A stretch of DNA of 64,000 nt from Trichoplax sp. H2 (Eukaryota). The notes beneath the pieces are model-generated. The model searched no databases, was not told the origin of the DNA, and saw nothing but the letters and a program-made list of their open reading frames with translations. The stretch is taken from NCBI GenBank assembly GCA_003344405.1, contig NOWV01000107.1:62001-126000 (forward strand). Reading direction: 5' to 3'. The translations under genes were made by a program, and so were the position numbers. Positions 45,001 through 60,000 of this stretch are shown in pieces; position 1 is the first letter of the stretch, and every line of letters starts with the position of its first letter.

Positions 45001-48000
45001 TTATTTTGTATGTATTCGAATAGGAGGATAGACTAGGGAAATATAAATCTTGATGATGTGCAACCTTTGTGTTAGAGAGTTGTTTATGCTGACACGATTT
45101 GTAGTCGTGTTGTAAGATTATTACTGGATAGGAGGTTATGGTTGTGAGATCTCCTACGTGAGATTAATGTAAATAGTAAATATCTTAGAAAGTATATAAA
45201 GGCTAACTATGATGTAATGTGGAGGAGGAGAAAGGCATAGAAGAGAATAAACTGTAGTGATAGTTATCTGTTCAAAAGCCTACGCTTAACTACTTGTGTA
45301 ATCGAGTAACCTAGTGACGGTCAAAGAAGTGTAGTCCCACACCCGAGAAGTTAGTGTTCTAATAGGAAGCGNNNNNNNNNNNNNNNNNNNNATACCATGA
45401 TGTGATAAAGTGCTTCAAAATGTTATAATAAGAACTAAGATTTATCGTGCAACATTATTAGATAACATAAATTGGATTCGTCCAACACGACTTGGAACTA
45501 ACTACTGCACTTTCAATCAAGATATCTATGATTTACATATGCAATTTTTTACTGGTATTTTTTAGCAAGTTAATTATATCTTGTGAATTAAGTCGCAAGA
45601 TCTAAACTGAATTTACTATTGCAAGGTCGATCAATGGCTATCACTTTTAATTAAAGCAACACATCGAATTCTTTATAATACTAAATTACTTTGCACAATC
45701 CAATAATATCTCAAAATCTTAATATAATAGTTACTATAAAATGTCTACAATATATATTGTTAATATCTTTTAGAAATAGATACTTGTATAAACATGCAAT
45801 CAAACGTACAACTTGCACTATTCTCTTCCAATCTCATGAATAATATTTAGGACTTAATTAATCTATTATCGGTAAATCAATCTTAATCTAATTTTGGGAC
45901 TGTACTACATGTGAGTTGTCGAGTAACTTACTCGTCTCTGGTAGTATTTGACAATAATATAGAATTTGATCATATCCTGAATTAATATTTACTATATTTC
46001 ATTAAGAGTATGGTTTCAGAACTGACTGGCAATTTAATGGATTTAACTTTAAGATTATGACAAAAGAAAAATAGTACGTTAAATTTTCAAACCTTTTCAT
46101 ATCAACTTACAAGTCACGAATGTTGTAAAGAGTAATAAAGGCTTCTCTACTAAATTCTTGTATAGGATTATTTCGTAAAATTCTATCAAAAGTTAAACGA
46201 GCGATAGTTGCTAATATTTAATTTTTACTAAATCGTCTGTATTAATATCGTTGTTATAGTAGATTAAAAGAAATGAACAATAGTAAGAATATCATTACCG
46301 TACGTATTTATGGTTATTGATCGACTTACAGTGTTTTAAGATTTGATAATTTCGAAAAACATCGGTCTTTTAATGTACTTATTTTGTTATCACTTATATC
46401 GCTAAAATATATGCAAATGAAATCTTGCCGATTAATAAATAAATTCTAAGAACATAATTATGCGATTGAGTATCATATTAAATGTTGCAAATTCTAAGAT
46501 TTACTACATCAGCTTTGCCATCCATTACTACTTTTAAATCGTTAACAAGCTTGGATCAGAAATAAGAAAGATATCTTATAAAAATTTAAAGCTTGTAATT
46601 TTGAATAAGATAATTAGTTTAGCAAGTTCAGTAGCAGGATAGACTTTAAATTATGATCATTTAATCGATGCATGTATTTTAAAAGATTGCATAGATCTCG
46701 GTTTCCATAAGATTGAAGACTTAGTTTATTCCTCTTTTGTATTATTGTGCATTTATATGCGTATATTAGGTTGTTCCGCATTAGTATATTGTGAAAGCTT
46801 GACTACTTTGCAGTTACTGTGTGCATTTTTATACATACACTTTATTAGTAAAGCGTGAAATGAAGATAAAAAATTTACTAAATATCTTTAAATATTAATC
46901 GTAATTTCGATTTTTTTAGTCAGTAAACCTATATACATTATAGTACGCTATCGGAAGTCAATATGTGAGAGGGTAATTCTGTCTTTAAAACTTGAAATTT
47001 TACATTGCTATATTTTAGGTGCAATCAAACAATTAAATAATTTAAGACAATTCTTAGGCCACGAAATTAATTTACGAATTTCATCACTTACAGTGAAAAA
47101 AGATTTGCGACTTTATCTGAAAGCGATGATGAAGGACAAACATCCGTGATATTATTACTATTTAGATACCTTTTGTAGAATCAGTTATACCACTGTTATT
47201 TACTATTAATAATAATCTTATTTAAGCTATAAGCTACGAATAGAATAATATTCTTGTAAACAATAGCAAATAATTTGAACAGTACTTACAAATCCGTCAG
47301 TTGATGTAATTTTATTAGTGAGATGAATGCATCATTTCCCAATTGATTTCTTTGTAAGCTACTAAAATATTAGAATGATTTATCATGTTATGATTATTTG
47401 TTAGGATATGACTGTTTACTGAATTTAATATAAATTAATATTATCAGGACTCTCATTAGCATAGCATGATGTGCGAGTTCAGTTACTTTAAATAAAATAT
47501 AATAATTGAACTACTGAAATTGCTTAACATCGTGTCGCGGTGTTTTCTGAACGCAATTAAGATAGTAAAGTTTAGGGGCTTTACTTTAATTTTGATCAAA
47601 AGATAGCTTCTAGTCTAGACATAGCACGCCCGAATATAATCAGACTTGTTCCGATATTATAATTGTAATAAGTGAAAGTGCTTAGTATTTATGAGAATGG
47701 CTGACTATACTACCAAGACCACTTTCGTCCAATTTGATTGATTAGTCTTGCTGAATTTGATTGGTTAGTTTTGTTTACTACTAACAAGATCAAACGAGAT
47801 CATTTTCGTCTAATTTCATTGATTAGTCTTGCTATCCTAAATTAGCATCTCTCTTCAATCGGGCTTTAGCCGAATGGACATTGATATTATGCATAATAGT
47901 CGTCTATTATGCATACTGATCGAGATCGAGTTTTAGCCGGAACAAATACATGAACTCAATGTATCATATAATAAGGTTAGGGTTCCAACGTTTCAGTATC

Positions 48001-51000
48001 TAAATATAGCGTAAAAATGACCACGGATCTCTGCAGAGTCTATAAGATTAGGGGTAAGTGCTATCGCAAGTTTCTTAAACAGATTAAGGTCCTTGATACC
48101 TAATTCAGAAAGACATTTTAAATTTGAACTTTATCGGCTATCTCAGCATTGATTTCTGATATGTTAGCTATCTAGTTCATCATTGATCATAACGGCAATT
48201 CCATTTAAAAGCTCAATCAATATCTTTTAAAATTAATATCAATGGTCAACAATTTATCTTTGCATAAGGGTGTAGATTTATGGATTCTTATAAAAAAACA
48301 ATAGTAATACACAAAGATTAATGCTTCTAGGACGAGAATCTTACAAGAATTTAATATATTGTAGGAAAGTTATTGCAGTTGGGCTAATCGTTTGGATTTT
48401 ATGATCATTCAAAATCCTATATTTAAATAGAGTTATTACCGATTTTAAATATAATGTATACTGTAATTGTAAGCAATAGCATTGAAAGTTATACTGAAAG
48501 TTATACCGAAGATATGCGATAAATTGCTTAGCATAATTTACTGACAAATTTCTGGTTTTAGTTGATGTTCTGTACAGCTCTTTAGGTATAGATTTTAGGC
48601 CAAGGCCATTTATTGTCCTTGTATGTATTCAATCGCAAAATGTTGAGAAAAATAAAATGGCATAAAAAATGTGATGCAACTTAATAGGTTAGCTATTTTA
48701 AATTTTATAATCACTCACAGAAGTAAGTACTGTGGCTTCTTCGATAGAATATCACCGACTTGGTATGATTCCAAGTGACTGTAACTAATATCCCTACAAA
48801 TATCGAAATCATGATTATAGCCTTTAATCAAGTATACATGGCAATCTAAAGTTAAGTGAAAGACCTCCAGTTGTAATGCATCTATAGCTAACGTCTTGTA
48901 AAATAGACAGTCATAAGTTGCATCTTTACGTGAATTTTTAACTCGAAAATGTAAATTGCAATCTTATGATACCCATTGCCGTAAATTAATGACAAAAACG
49001 AATCTTAAAAGCTCTGAGGTCAAATGAATGAACTGAGTAGATTTACATTCGTTAACATTGATAGTAATAATTAATAAGTTTATGAAAATTTTCATTGCGA
49101 CTATAGTGAAGCTGTTAGACAAGCTATAGTTGTCAACATGTTATGTAGAAAGTGAATTAGACATAACTTAAAAATAATACCAAAATCTATGGTAGTTAAC
49201 GATAATATATATATATAAGCAGTGTTTGTGATAATTCAAGTATATTGATTTCAACTTCGTAGAATGTGATACTAGTTGTAGTGTTTACTTCTAAATACGG
49301 TATAGTCAATTTTTAGTAAAGGTATTAGTTTTCACTAGGCAGTAGTATAATTCTAAGACTGTAAGATAATTCTAAATATGTATGATATATATTTAACAAT
49401 TTACTCTGTAGAGATATCTTGTACTCTAGCTAACTTATATCGTAGCACTAGCTTAACATAGAAGTAACCTATTTTTATGAATCATTCGCGACCATAAATA
49501 ATTTCCTCCTGCTGTGCTTCTAACATTATAAAAGCTATCTTCTTTCGTCTATCTCGTTCGTTAGTTCTGGTAGTTACACGGTAAGCTTGCAGGCTTTACC
49601 TATTCTACACTACTACAGTAATTCGACTAGTCACGTCGTTACTCTCACGATAATCTTACACGATTATTCTCTTACACTAGCTTAATAAAGGTTACTTTTC
49701 TGTAAACTATTCTATTGTAATTTATTGCGACTAATGCTGAACTCTCAACCTTCCGAAACATCGCACTAATCAAATAATTTTATTTTCATACTAAGTTCTG
49801 TAAATGTTAAATTATGTTTTTCGCAATTATCATATTGTAAATATGTTAGATAAAATATTTAAGCAGCTACGCTTTTCTGTAATTGTTATTCTTAGTCCTT
49901 CTTTTCTAAGATCAGCTATTATAGAAAGTTTTCCGTGTCTATCAGAGCTTGTTATACTATTATGTACGTAGTATCTCAATCGATAGAGAACCAGTAATAA
50001 AACCTGCTATTCTAGAATTACTTGTGTGAACTACACTTTAATTGCAGTTAGTAGAACAGGTTATGTTACAACGACATAGTTTAGTAACAGTTTACTATTA
50101 AATTAAGTGTCAGCTTAATATACTTACATGATATTCCTTGGTGATTAAACTATGTCGTTGTAACAAAACCTGTTGTCTATTAATTCTCCTCATTAAATCT
50201 GTTATTTAAGTTTTCACTTACAGTATCCTAATAAGGTTACATCTTCCTAAAAATGTTGGTGCAATCGTTGATAAGTTATTACCGGCCAAATTTCTAGGTA
50301 ATGATAAAAAATACAACCACATCTTCACGTGACTTACAACACTTTCAATTATTGATAATTACAAATTTTTAATGCGGGTAATTCTAGGCAACAGATCTTG
50401 GTTGAGAGTTGAGCCATTAAAACGGCAAAAGGATAAATCTCTGGAATTGAAACAATATAGAGTGGATTAACGAAAAATAAGATGTTAATGATAATGATAT
50501 TTTTATCGCCAGTAGGATAAAGTTAATAGTAACTTAGGCTATATTAAAGAAATATTAAAATACGGCCATTATGACGAATTTCAGGTCTGTAGCTATCGAA
50601 TCATTGTAATTATTAGATCGGATCTGGCAATCTTAAAAATTAGCTCATGAGAATCGCTCAGTCGATTATTTTGGGGATTTCTAACCCTAACCCTAGTCCT
50701 AGCCCTGCAATAAACGCATAGCCCTGTATAAAAAATGTATCGCTGTATCTCCTAGGAAGTGGAAATGATTTATTTCTTCTTTCATTATAGGGGGTAGATT
50801 TCGATTTGCACATAAAATTTACATGGCTTAGAGAAAATATATTAATTTCCTATAAATTTGAGGTGATAATCATCAAACAATGTTGATGCGAAAGAATATA
50901 TGTCATGCTATTAGTTTTCTAACTGAAAAATTACGATCTTCATCTGACGCACACCCACTCTTCTACCGAACATGCGATAGTATCCTACCTATAGTATATA

Positions 51001-54000
51001 GAAACTAGCACTAATCTGATGATTTATGTTAGTCATTATATATCTATATTTATGAATACTGTTTTTTTTATTAGGAAGTGACATAAAAGATCAGCCTGTA
51101 AATCATTGTAAGAATTAAAAGCTATAATTCTAAATAGGACTCGTGAACTATTGTAGAACCATATTTAAATCGCACTTTGTTATACAATAAGGAAAGTTCT
51201 AGAGAGTCTTTGTATAACATAGACTATAAAGTCTTGTCTATTAGAGTAGTATTCCTAATGATAGGACAGATATTATCCCCGATATGTGGTTCAGGGAGTT
51301 AACTATTAACGTAAGTGGCATCAACATATTTAATCCTTTACCAATACTTAATTTAGTTAAGTTAGTATCTCGCTTGTTGCGCAAATACGGGTGCTTGTAT
51401 AATATCATATAAGTCAAGCATAAAGAATTACTATTTCGGATTAATTTCCAGGCATAAGGGCACTGTACAGTAGCCTATTATTTTAAATCTAAAATTTAAT
51501 ACCGTACCATAACCTAAAAGCTTAATCCTAAGCAGGTATTAGGAGTTACTCCAAATGATATATGTTAGAATCAACTAATTTTTGTAGTACGTTACTCTAC
51601 TAACGCTTTCACTAAATAAAAAATTCATGGTTATATAGAGTGCTCAATTTTGTAATTTGCACATCAAATTTGGACCATAAATTTCGTCTTAGTATTAACA
51701 TATAGTATAATGTATGCGAGTTGATGTCAACGATTTGCCCCGTGAAGAAATACGATATAATCTACGTAAGATATTAAATTTAATTTTAATAGAGAGCATA
51801 AATTAATCTGATACTACTATTACCAGAATTGCCGCAATAGCATAGTAACTAAGCTGTCATAGTAAATTTCAATCCACCATAAGGATATTTAGGAAGTGAG
51901 GCAATATTTTAAGACCGATTTACGGTATATAACTTTATACCCTGTTCTATATACTAAACTAAGCTAACTGTAATAATGAATTAACTGACTATTAACTGAG
52001 ATAGGTACACCCCGCATAGATAATACTAATCCTATCTGCAAGTACTGAAGTCAGTCAGATAAACTTCAAGTGAAGCTATTATTTGAAGTTTACTACAAAG
52101 TTTAAGCCTACAAATCGTGAAGCCAGGCGAAATGATCAAGGAACTCAAAATTCACAGATTGAAAAACATTGCCGGATAGAGTTCTAACCAAATAGAAATA
52201 ACCAAATAAGATAGATAATATTAGGGTATATAATTATTGATGAAGTATTTAAAAATTATAGTGTGAGATATTTTACAGGCTTCCGAGCTTGGGTAATTCC
52301 TTAAATGTTTCTCGCCTCAGTTGGATAATTTCATTACTTTGTAACTTTCTAATTATTAATAAGAAATAGAGATAAATACAGTTACAGTAGAATATTTTTA
52401 CATTTAACCCTATCATAAATCGTGTTCTAATTTATAGAACAGATTTTTCTGACAATGCTAGGATAATTTCTGTTTTAAGCATACATGAAGTAGTCTAAAA
52501 CCGTATTATTATCTTATACCTGAATATTTATTACTCTGTAATATATTACTTCATTCACTTACAGATTTCGTAAATTTTTTAAACCAGCGAACGCCCCATT
52601 TGGAATTTCTTTAATTTTATTTTGATCAAGGGTGCTAAATAGATAAACATTAGCGAAAGTTATGGTGTGCTTAACTTTCGTACAAGCTTTAAAATTCAAG
52701 TAAAACAAAATTAGCGCCAGAAATATACAATTCAGAAATAGATATGATTGGGATTGTAATTGCAGTGCAGATTGTAATTGAAACCCTATTTCAATCTACA
52801 TAAGATTTCAACTTCATACCGTTACTTGACTATTTTTAAGTACTAATTCTGGAGAGCTGGTGTTACGATTAAAATTTTTACATAATGCTTATTTTCATTT
52901 AATAGACAAAAATTAGTTGGTAGAAAAATTGAAGTAAGGAGAAGTTATTTCTAATAAATTTTATTGATTACTTACAGAGCTAGTAGATAGGGAATTTGGT
53001 TAAATAGCTGAGTCGGTATTTCAGCCAGTAAGTTGTTCTTTAAAAGACTGGATGTAAAAAAAAGAAAGATATGTGAATGATTAAAATCATTAAATAGATA
53101 TTTATTATCGCTCTGTGATAATCAATCCAATTATTCAAAGTAAATATTTCACAATTACAGATTTTGTAGGGTAGAAATGTTGCCAAATATTCCAGAATTG
53201 ATATATGAGATCTTATTTCCTTCTAGATTTCTATATGACATTTAAACTAATCTCAGTTATTAAGATCAAGAAATATAATCTTGACTACGTAATTTTCTGT
53301 GCTAGATAAATGAAACACTTTCCATGTGATAGAAAATACTGGTATTTTGATGAATTACAGCTGGTACAAGAAGGTAAAGGATGGATATGATTATTTCGCA
53401 CACGTACATAGTTTGTAGTGGAGAAATTGAAGAAAAGCTGTTGGTTGCAAGGTATTTGATATCATTATTAGTGAGAAATCTGTATCATAGATAAACATAA
53501 ATTTAAGATTGTTTACAATCATGAGTATAGCTACAATTAGGGGCGGTATCGGTTTTGAATTTCACTATAGCAATTTCATTATATCAGTAGAAGATTCATA
53601 AATCGAGATTTTAATTAGTAAGACATAATTAATATTGCAAGAGCCAGATTTTGAGTGTATTAGAAATTCAAAATAAAATACATATACATGTAGACACCTA
53701 GAATATTAAGAAAAGTATTATCAAATCTAATATGACTTACACAGTCTGCAAGGATGTCATATCTCTAAAGGTATTACTTTCAACTGATTTAATCTGATTT
53801 CTTGAAATGTTTCTATAGAAAGGAATATATTTATTTCAGTACATAAGAATTTATAAGACTATAATCAAGATTAAACTGGAATTGATATAGAGTAGCTGAG
53901 GTCAGTGGTTGTTCAATAGTACGTTTAACTATCAGTAATTTGTAGATTATTGATGTCTACAGCTGCATAATGTATAAAATGTAGATTTACTATAGAAGAC

Positions 54001-57000
54001 TAATACCATAATTAATACATATTCTCTGTTAGTTTATCATACTGAGCTTAAAAGTTCTAATTGACTTACTATTAGTTAGAGTAAAGAATGAATTTAATTC
54101 AAACTTTTGCCAAAACTATCACTGCAGGTCCATGATTTGGCATTATATTTACGTTACGGTTGTAAACCGTCTTGATATTTATAGGATAAAGTTTTACAAG
54201 TTATGGTAATATAAGTTCATTGCAAAACTGTAGTAATTTGAAGTACAGTAGTACTAGAAAGTAGAATAGTGTACTATGCTTAATAAAGTAATTGCATGAT
54301 AGCTGGTATGATAAATGGTGTAGTCCACTTGTAATATTCGTACTGTGTACTGTACGTAGAGGCCGTATCTGACAGCTATATAAAGTTATTTTGTGTAATG
54401 TACTTAGGTAATTCTGAAGTTGTACGGAATTATTGTTGTAGAGGATAATAAGTCGATTTTCCAATTTATCTTAGTTATTTTCAACTGTTATTAAACGAGA
54501 AGAAAAGTAAATTCTACACAGTAAATATGCTATTAATAAATGATACTTTTAAACTTAAATACGACGCTGCCTAATTTTGTCACGTCGAAGGTTTGTTTAA
54601 TTTTAATATCTTAAATTTCGAGTTAATGAATTGCGAGCCTAAAAGGTCATAGAATCCATCCATTACAAAAGTAGAGTAAATCGACTACAGTTAGTTACAC
54701 TCTACCACTTCATAACAAGAATAAGTACTGTCTTATATTTTAGTTATCCATCACATGTAGTACTTATATAAGGACTTTTATCTCGCTTATATTATGTACG
54801 GCATACTTACACAAATGTCGTATGTGAACAACTTAAGAAATGATTTCGCTGTAAATGTTGGATCTTGTTATTGTCAAGATAGCTGATTGAATATTTTAAT
54901 GAAGACGTCGATTTTAAATATCTTGAGATTTGATAGTTCGAGTGTTGTTATACATTTCTTAATAAATTTGATTCTTACATGTTAAGTAATGTTGTTCCAT
55001 TGCAGATGTCGTGTGGAATTTCTCTCAAGCGATTATTAGATAGGAGACTACCAATGTGAGATTATCAAGATAATAGACGATGTCAAATAGCTAATTTGAT
55101 AGCATTATCGCCGAATAATTGAAATTAAATCTCGTCTTTTACTTGTAGCTCACATATAACGATTTACATACGAGTACTAAGAGTGTGTAAAACTTAATTA
55201 ATTATTCCCCGCGTAATTTAAACAGTTCTCTATATAACGTACATATTTCTTAAAAATGGAAAGTTGGAGAAAAATCCATCTTCAATTCTTTGGATGTAGT
55301 TATCTTTCACACTACTAAAGAGCAATATAAAGTAGTCCTACGTAAATATATTAGGTTAGAATAGTACATTTGCTGTAATCGTGTATCATTCTTATATAAA
55401 CTTACATATGGCGTATTGTTAATACTTTTGTTCTGTCATCATTTCTTAATGTGGTTATACGATTATAGCGAGCATCACTATAAGTTTAATCAGTTCGTTC
55501 TAGATATTAATTCTTAATACGTAAGATCTTATTGTGATGATTATATTTGTATTGCTGAATTAGAAAATCAAACAGTTTAAGTTTTATTCCAATTTGAAGG
55601 AAAATTACATTTTAAATGTTTTCAAATTTAGTACATGTAATGCTATTAAAAAAGTTGCAGTATTCTTTTATTTATAATATCGTATAGTTATAAGAACAAA
55701 TTCATGAATAATCAGGTATTTTTGTCGTAGGGAAAATTATTAAGAATGATCTATTTATGGTCACAAGCGTGTAATCAAAGGACTTATTTCTAAAATGTGC
55801 TGGCAAGAAAATGATCTATTTTTTGATTCAATGCTGTATGATGTATGATAATATCAATGCAAATGGATGTAAGTAAGTAATATTTATGTAATCTTGGTGA
55901 ACTAAGTTTCATTTATTATCCGCGCATGATTAACTTACATATAAGTCATGATTGGGTGTTCATAAAAGTAACTGAAGTCTATTTCCAATAATCCATTTTT
56001 GGTTAAGTATCTGTAAATAGTTAAGTTTAATTAAGTTACGTGGAAAAAATATACTTACATATCCAAAATTTGTTACTCTCAGATGGCGATGTGATTTTAA
56101 GGAAAATGATAGCTTTGTATTCATGGATAAGCAGTTAGTAGGTCGTATTCTTATAATCAGGTCATTAAGCTGTACTTTACTAGAGAAACTAACTAAGAAT
56201 GTGGCATTTTGTGGCAATATTGAAAGTTCTTACATAGCATTCAAATGTTCTGCATTTTCGAATAAATTCTTAGGTATTTGTGTCAGTAGATTATTGATGA
56301 ATAACCTATGATGTGAGAATTTTGCGGAATGGCATTTGCTTTAGTGATATTTTTAGGTTAAAACGATACCGTAGATGACTTGAACTTGTTAGTACCAGCA
56401 AAATATGTCAAATAGTAACATAATAATTCAACCAATTTCTCCTCGTTTCATGAAAAATAACGTTTTCAAATATTATTACAATGTAAACATTTATTTTAAC
56501 TGATACATTTTTAAAGATGTATGCGTACATTACAGCCAACATTGTGATTGCGACATCACTTTAGGCTAAAACTAATACAACCAAATTTTAGTTAGATTTA
56601 CTATGCTTTATTTTAGTTAGTTGTTTACAAATGTCTAAGATTTGGTATATTCTTCAAGTCAAGTGCCTCTATATGTCCAAGATTATTTGAACTGTATTGT
56701 CTATAGATCAAATAAATTAATTCAATTTCTTAAAATGGAATAAGTTAAGATCAAGCTTAAATACAATATTTAGGATACAGGTAAGGTATAGCTAGTATTT
56801 TCTTCGATTACTAGTTAAAGGCAATTTATAATTGCTAAACATAGAGTATCATTAGTTATAGTAATTTTTATACAATTTTTAGCAATAAATAAAAATTTAG
56901 CTAATATACATAACTACTATATGTAGCCCTTAATGGGAATATGCATATTTTCGACAAAGCCCGCTTGTTTTACATATATTGTCATTATCAAATGGTAAAA

Positions 57001-60000
57001 ACATTAACTACCCTCAATTGATACAAGTAATTGTGGCCCAAGCTTGGCTAGTACAGTTTATAATTACAATGAATGATCTTAAATAGTGTTTAATTTTCTC
57101 ACATTTGATAAAGGAGAGTATTTTTAAAGTAAGATAAGTAACGGGAAGGCAATTGATTGCCATAGATTCGCCTGCAATACACAAGAATTAGTTAATAAAG
57201 TGTAATATAATATAATAAGTCACCTAGAATAAAATGTAAGTCGGAAGCCTCTTTAATAGCAGAATCTAGGTTTGTCAATTTCTGTGCTTACAAGGAACTA
57301 ATGCTACGAAGTGGTGGAGCTGTGCCATTTTCCGATGTATAACTGATCGATTGAAGTCGGTTCCAGCCTAAGGCTCTAGATTTGTTATATTGATAAAAAT
57401 AAAGATAATTATTGGGCTTTGCATTGTAAGATTTTTACGGTAGTAGTGAATTATGTACCATATAAAAAGTAGATTCTGTTATAAACTATTAGCCGAAGAT
57501 AGACATATCTTACTAATGTAGTAGACTAAATAATTTATGAAACAAAACTCAATTTTACTAGAAATTGCAGTCCTGTTATTCAGCACAGTTTTTGATATTC
57601 TTTATGTCAATATTAAAAATATCCCTTTTTAAATAGGACTAAAATTTTATCGTATTTATTACGATGAGCGCCTTTATTAATCATATTAAAGTTTAGTGTT
57701 AGTAAATTTGCTTTGTATTGTGATGTTGACTATAATTTCGACTACAGTAGTGATAAAATTATAATTCTGTTTCGGATAATATTGAATACAAATCATTCTG
57801 TAGTTCAATCAACGAAACGCCGCAATATTCGCATACCATACACGAACGTGATTAATTTAAGACAAATTAACTAACCAATAAACGTATTGTCTTAAATCGA
57901 TCCCATAATTTCTGAGTATAATAGTCATGCAGCACTTTAGTAGTAGTTTAGTTCTAATAACGGCGATGAAAGCCAAAGATTTGCTTCTCGCATCAAATCA
58001 GAAATATGAATATCGTATTGTTATGGTACAAGTACACTATGAAAGATATCATATGCGCTGATTAAGTATTTATTTCGTAGTAGATTTCTGCCTATATAGG
58101 TTAGGTTGACTAAACTTTTGTAACTGACTTGTAATTGCTAATGATGCTCATTAATAACCATTTTTATAATTTCTACGAGTAAACTAGCGTTGGTCGTTTT
58201 AGTTGAAATAAAGTAAAAGTAGTTCAACGTTGTGAAATTTGTGTGATTACAATCTAGAAGGGTAGTTTTAAGCCCAAACTAGAGTAGTAGTTGACAGTAG
58301 CAACTTAAAAGAGCAGCGTACTTTACTTTATACTTTGTCAGGATAGTAGTCCGTGACACGTATATATAATTTAATTCTTCACTAGCTAACTTTAAATAAC
58401 TAAATCATAAATTCTCATTCTAATTAGATTTAAGCTTATACTACTAAAAGTCTTTTTCTTATCTCGGGTTATGGATTAATATCCAAATACACGATATCAT
58501 TACTTACAGTATTCTTAACGTGGGCAAATTTGCAACACAACGTAAGTCAAAGCTCTTTATTTTGTTGCCATGGAATACGCTGTAAAAAATTAAATCAATT
58601 TTGATTAAAATTTGAACATTATGCGGTTTAGCAGCAAAATTGTAGATATATCAACTGGCTCATCTTCTAAGTTCAAGTTTAATCTTTATATCCAGTAAAA
58701 CAATTTAAGATTGACTTAATGTAGCCATATCCGCATTTTCTTATTTCATTTAAATTGAGTTGGTTCGAAGCAGGAATTGTTTCTAACTACAGTTTAAATC
58801 ATTATTTGCTAAAATATTTAGATATAATACTGTGATAAAGTGATCTTCAAAGCAATAAATCAAGAACTACAGTTTCTTGTAAATTCCACTTTATTACAGA
58901 AGTTAGGTTCGTCTAACTACCAAGGACTATCTGACTATCTGACAATCTACTTATTACAGCAAAATTCACGATTTATATACGATTAGTTACAGAATGCTTT
59001 TACTGTAACAAATCTTATCTTGCCCATTAAGTCGCAAGATCAGATCTAAATTTACCATCGCGCAATCTATTCATAATTCGCGCGTCTATTTAAAGCATTA
59101 CAATACAATACTTACAGTACTAACATACTTAGCGCAAATCTATTTACATCTCAGATCTTTATATAACCATCTTAATAGATTCGCTACAATACGTACTGTA
59201 AACATCTTCTACAAATAGACTCTTACACAATCTTACGCTCTAGCTTACAAGTTAAGTTATTCTCGTACAGTCTTATAATAGTAATCTAAGCTATATTTGG
59301 GGCTGCACTACAAATACCTTAATAGTTAATTAAATCAGCTTCTTCTGCAAGCTAAATGAGTTATAAGTCTCTATATTTCTTCTAGTTTATAGGATTTAGT
59401 GCTATAAATCGAAGCTTTTACTCGCAATTTTAATAATTTCATCATATTTTTATTCTAAAATAACTTAGGAACATATTTCTCTAAAGTCGACAAACATTAA
59501 TCTTCGAGAAGCAAGTGTAGAAGTTAATATACGTATTATATATTCGACGCATACAAAAAGGGGTATCTTATTATATTAGGGTGCTGCTAGATTGAATCGG
59601 AAATGTTTGGATAGGTGCGTCTTTAATAATTCCTAATATACCAGTTCCATAATTATAATAATCGACTTACACTTCGTAGACTTGGGGTAGATTTTGAAAT
59701 ACTAAATTAGGCAAGCTGTTTATCATGTTATGCGCCAAAATTCTAATAGCAATGGAAATTGCATTTATTAGAAGATATGGACGCAGCTGATTTTTCACTG
59801 ACTATGTCTAAAAGCTATTACTCTATTTGCATATTAGCTATGTAGTGATCTCCGACATATATATCAGTTTTAACATATATAATGCTTACAACTGCTGCAG
59901 CTTGACCAGGTTTGTAAATGCGTTTTCTTCTATTACATTTATCAGATTTCCTGTGAAATCTCTATTTTTGAGAGAGAAAAACAAATAAATTTAAATTTGA

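Larger units (their letters stand above)
44483..45762. repeat. Near-identical ~370-bp duplication (44483-44852 and 45392-45762) flanking an assembly gap
   Basis: ATACCATGATGTGATAAAGTGC...CTACAATATATATTGTT occurs twice with only a few substitutions. N run at 45372-45391. Confidence 0.92.
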
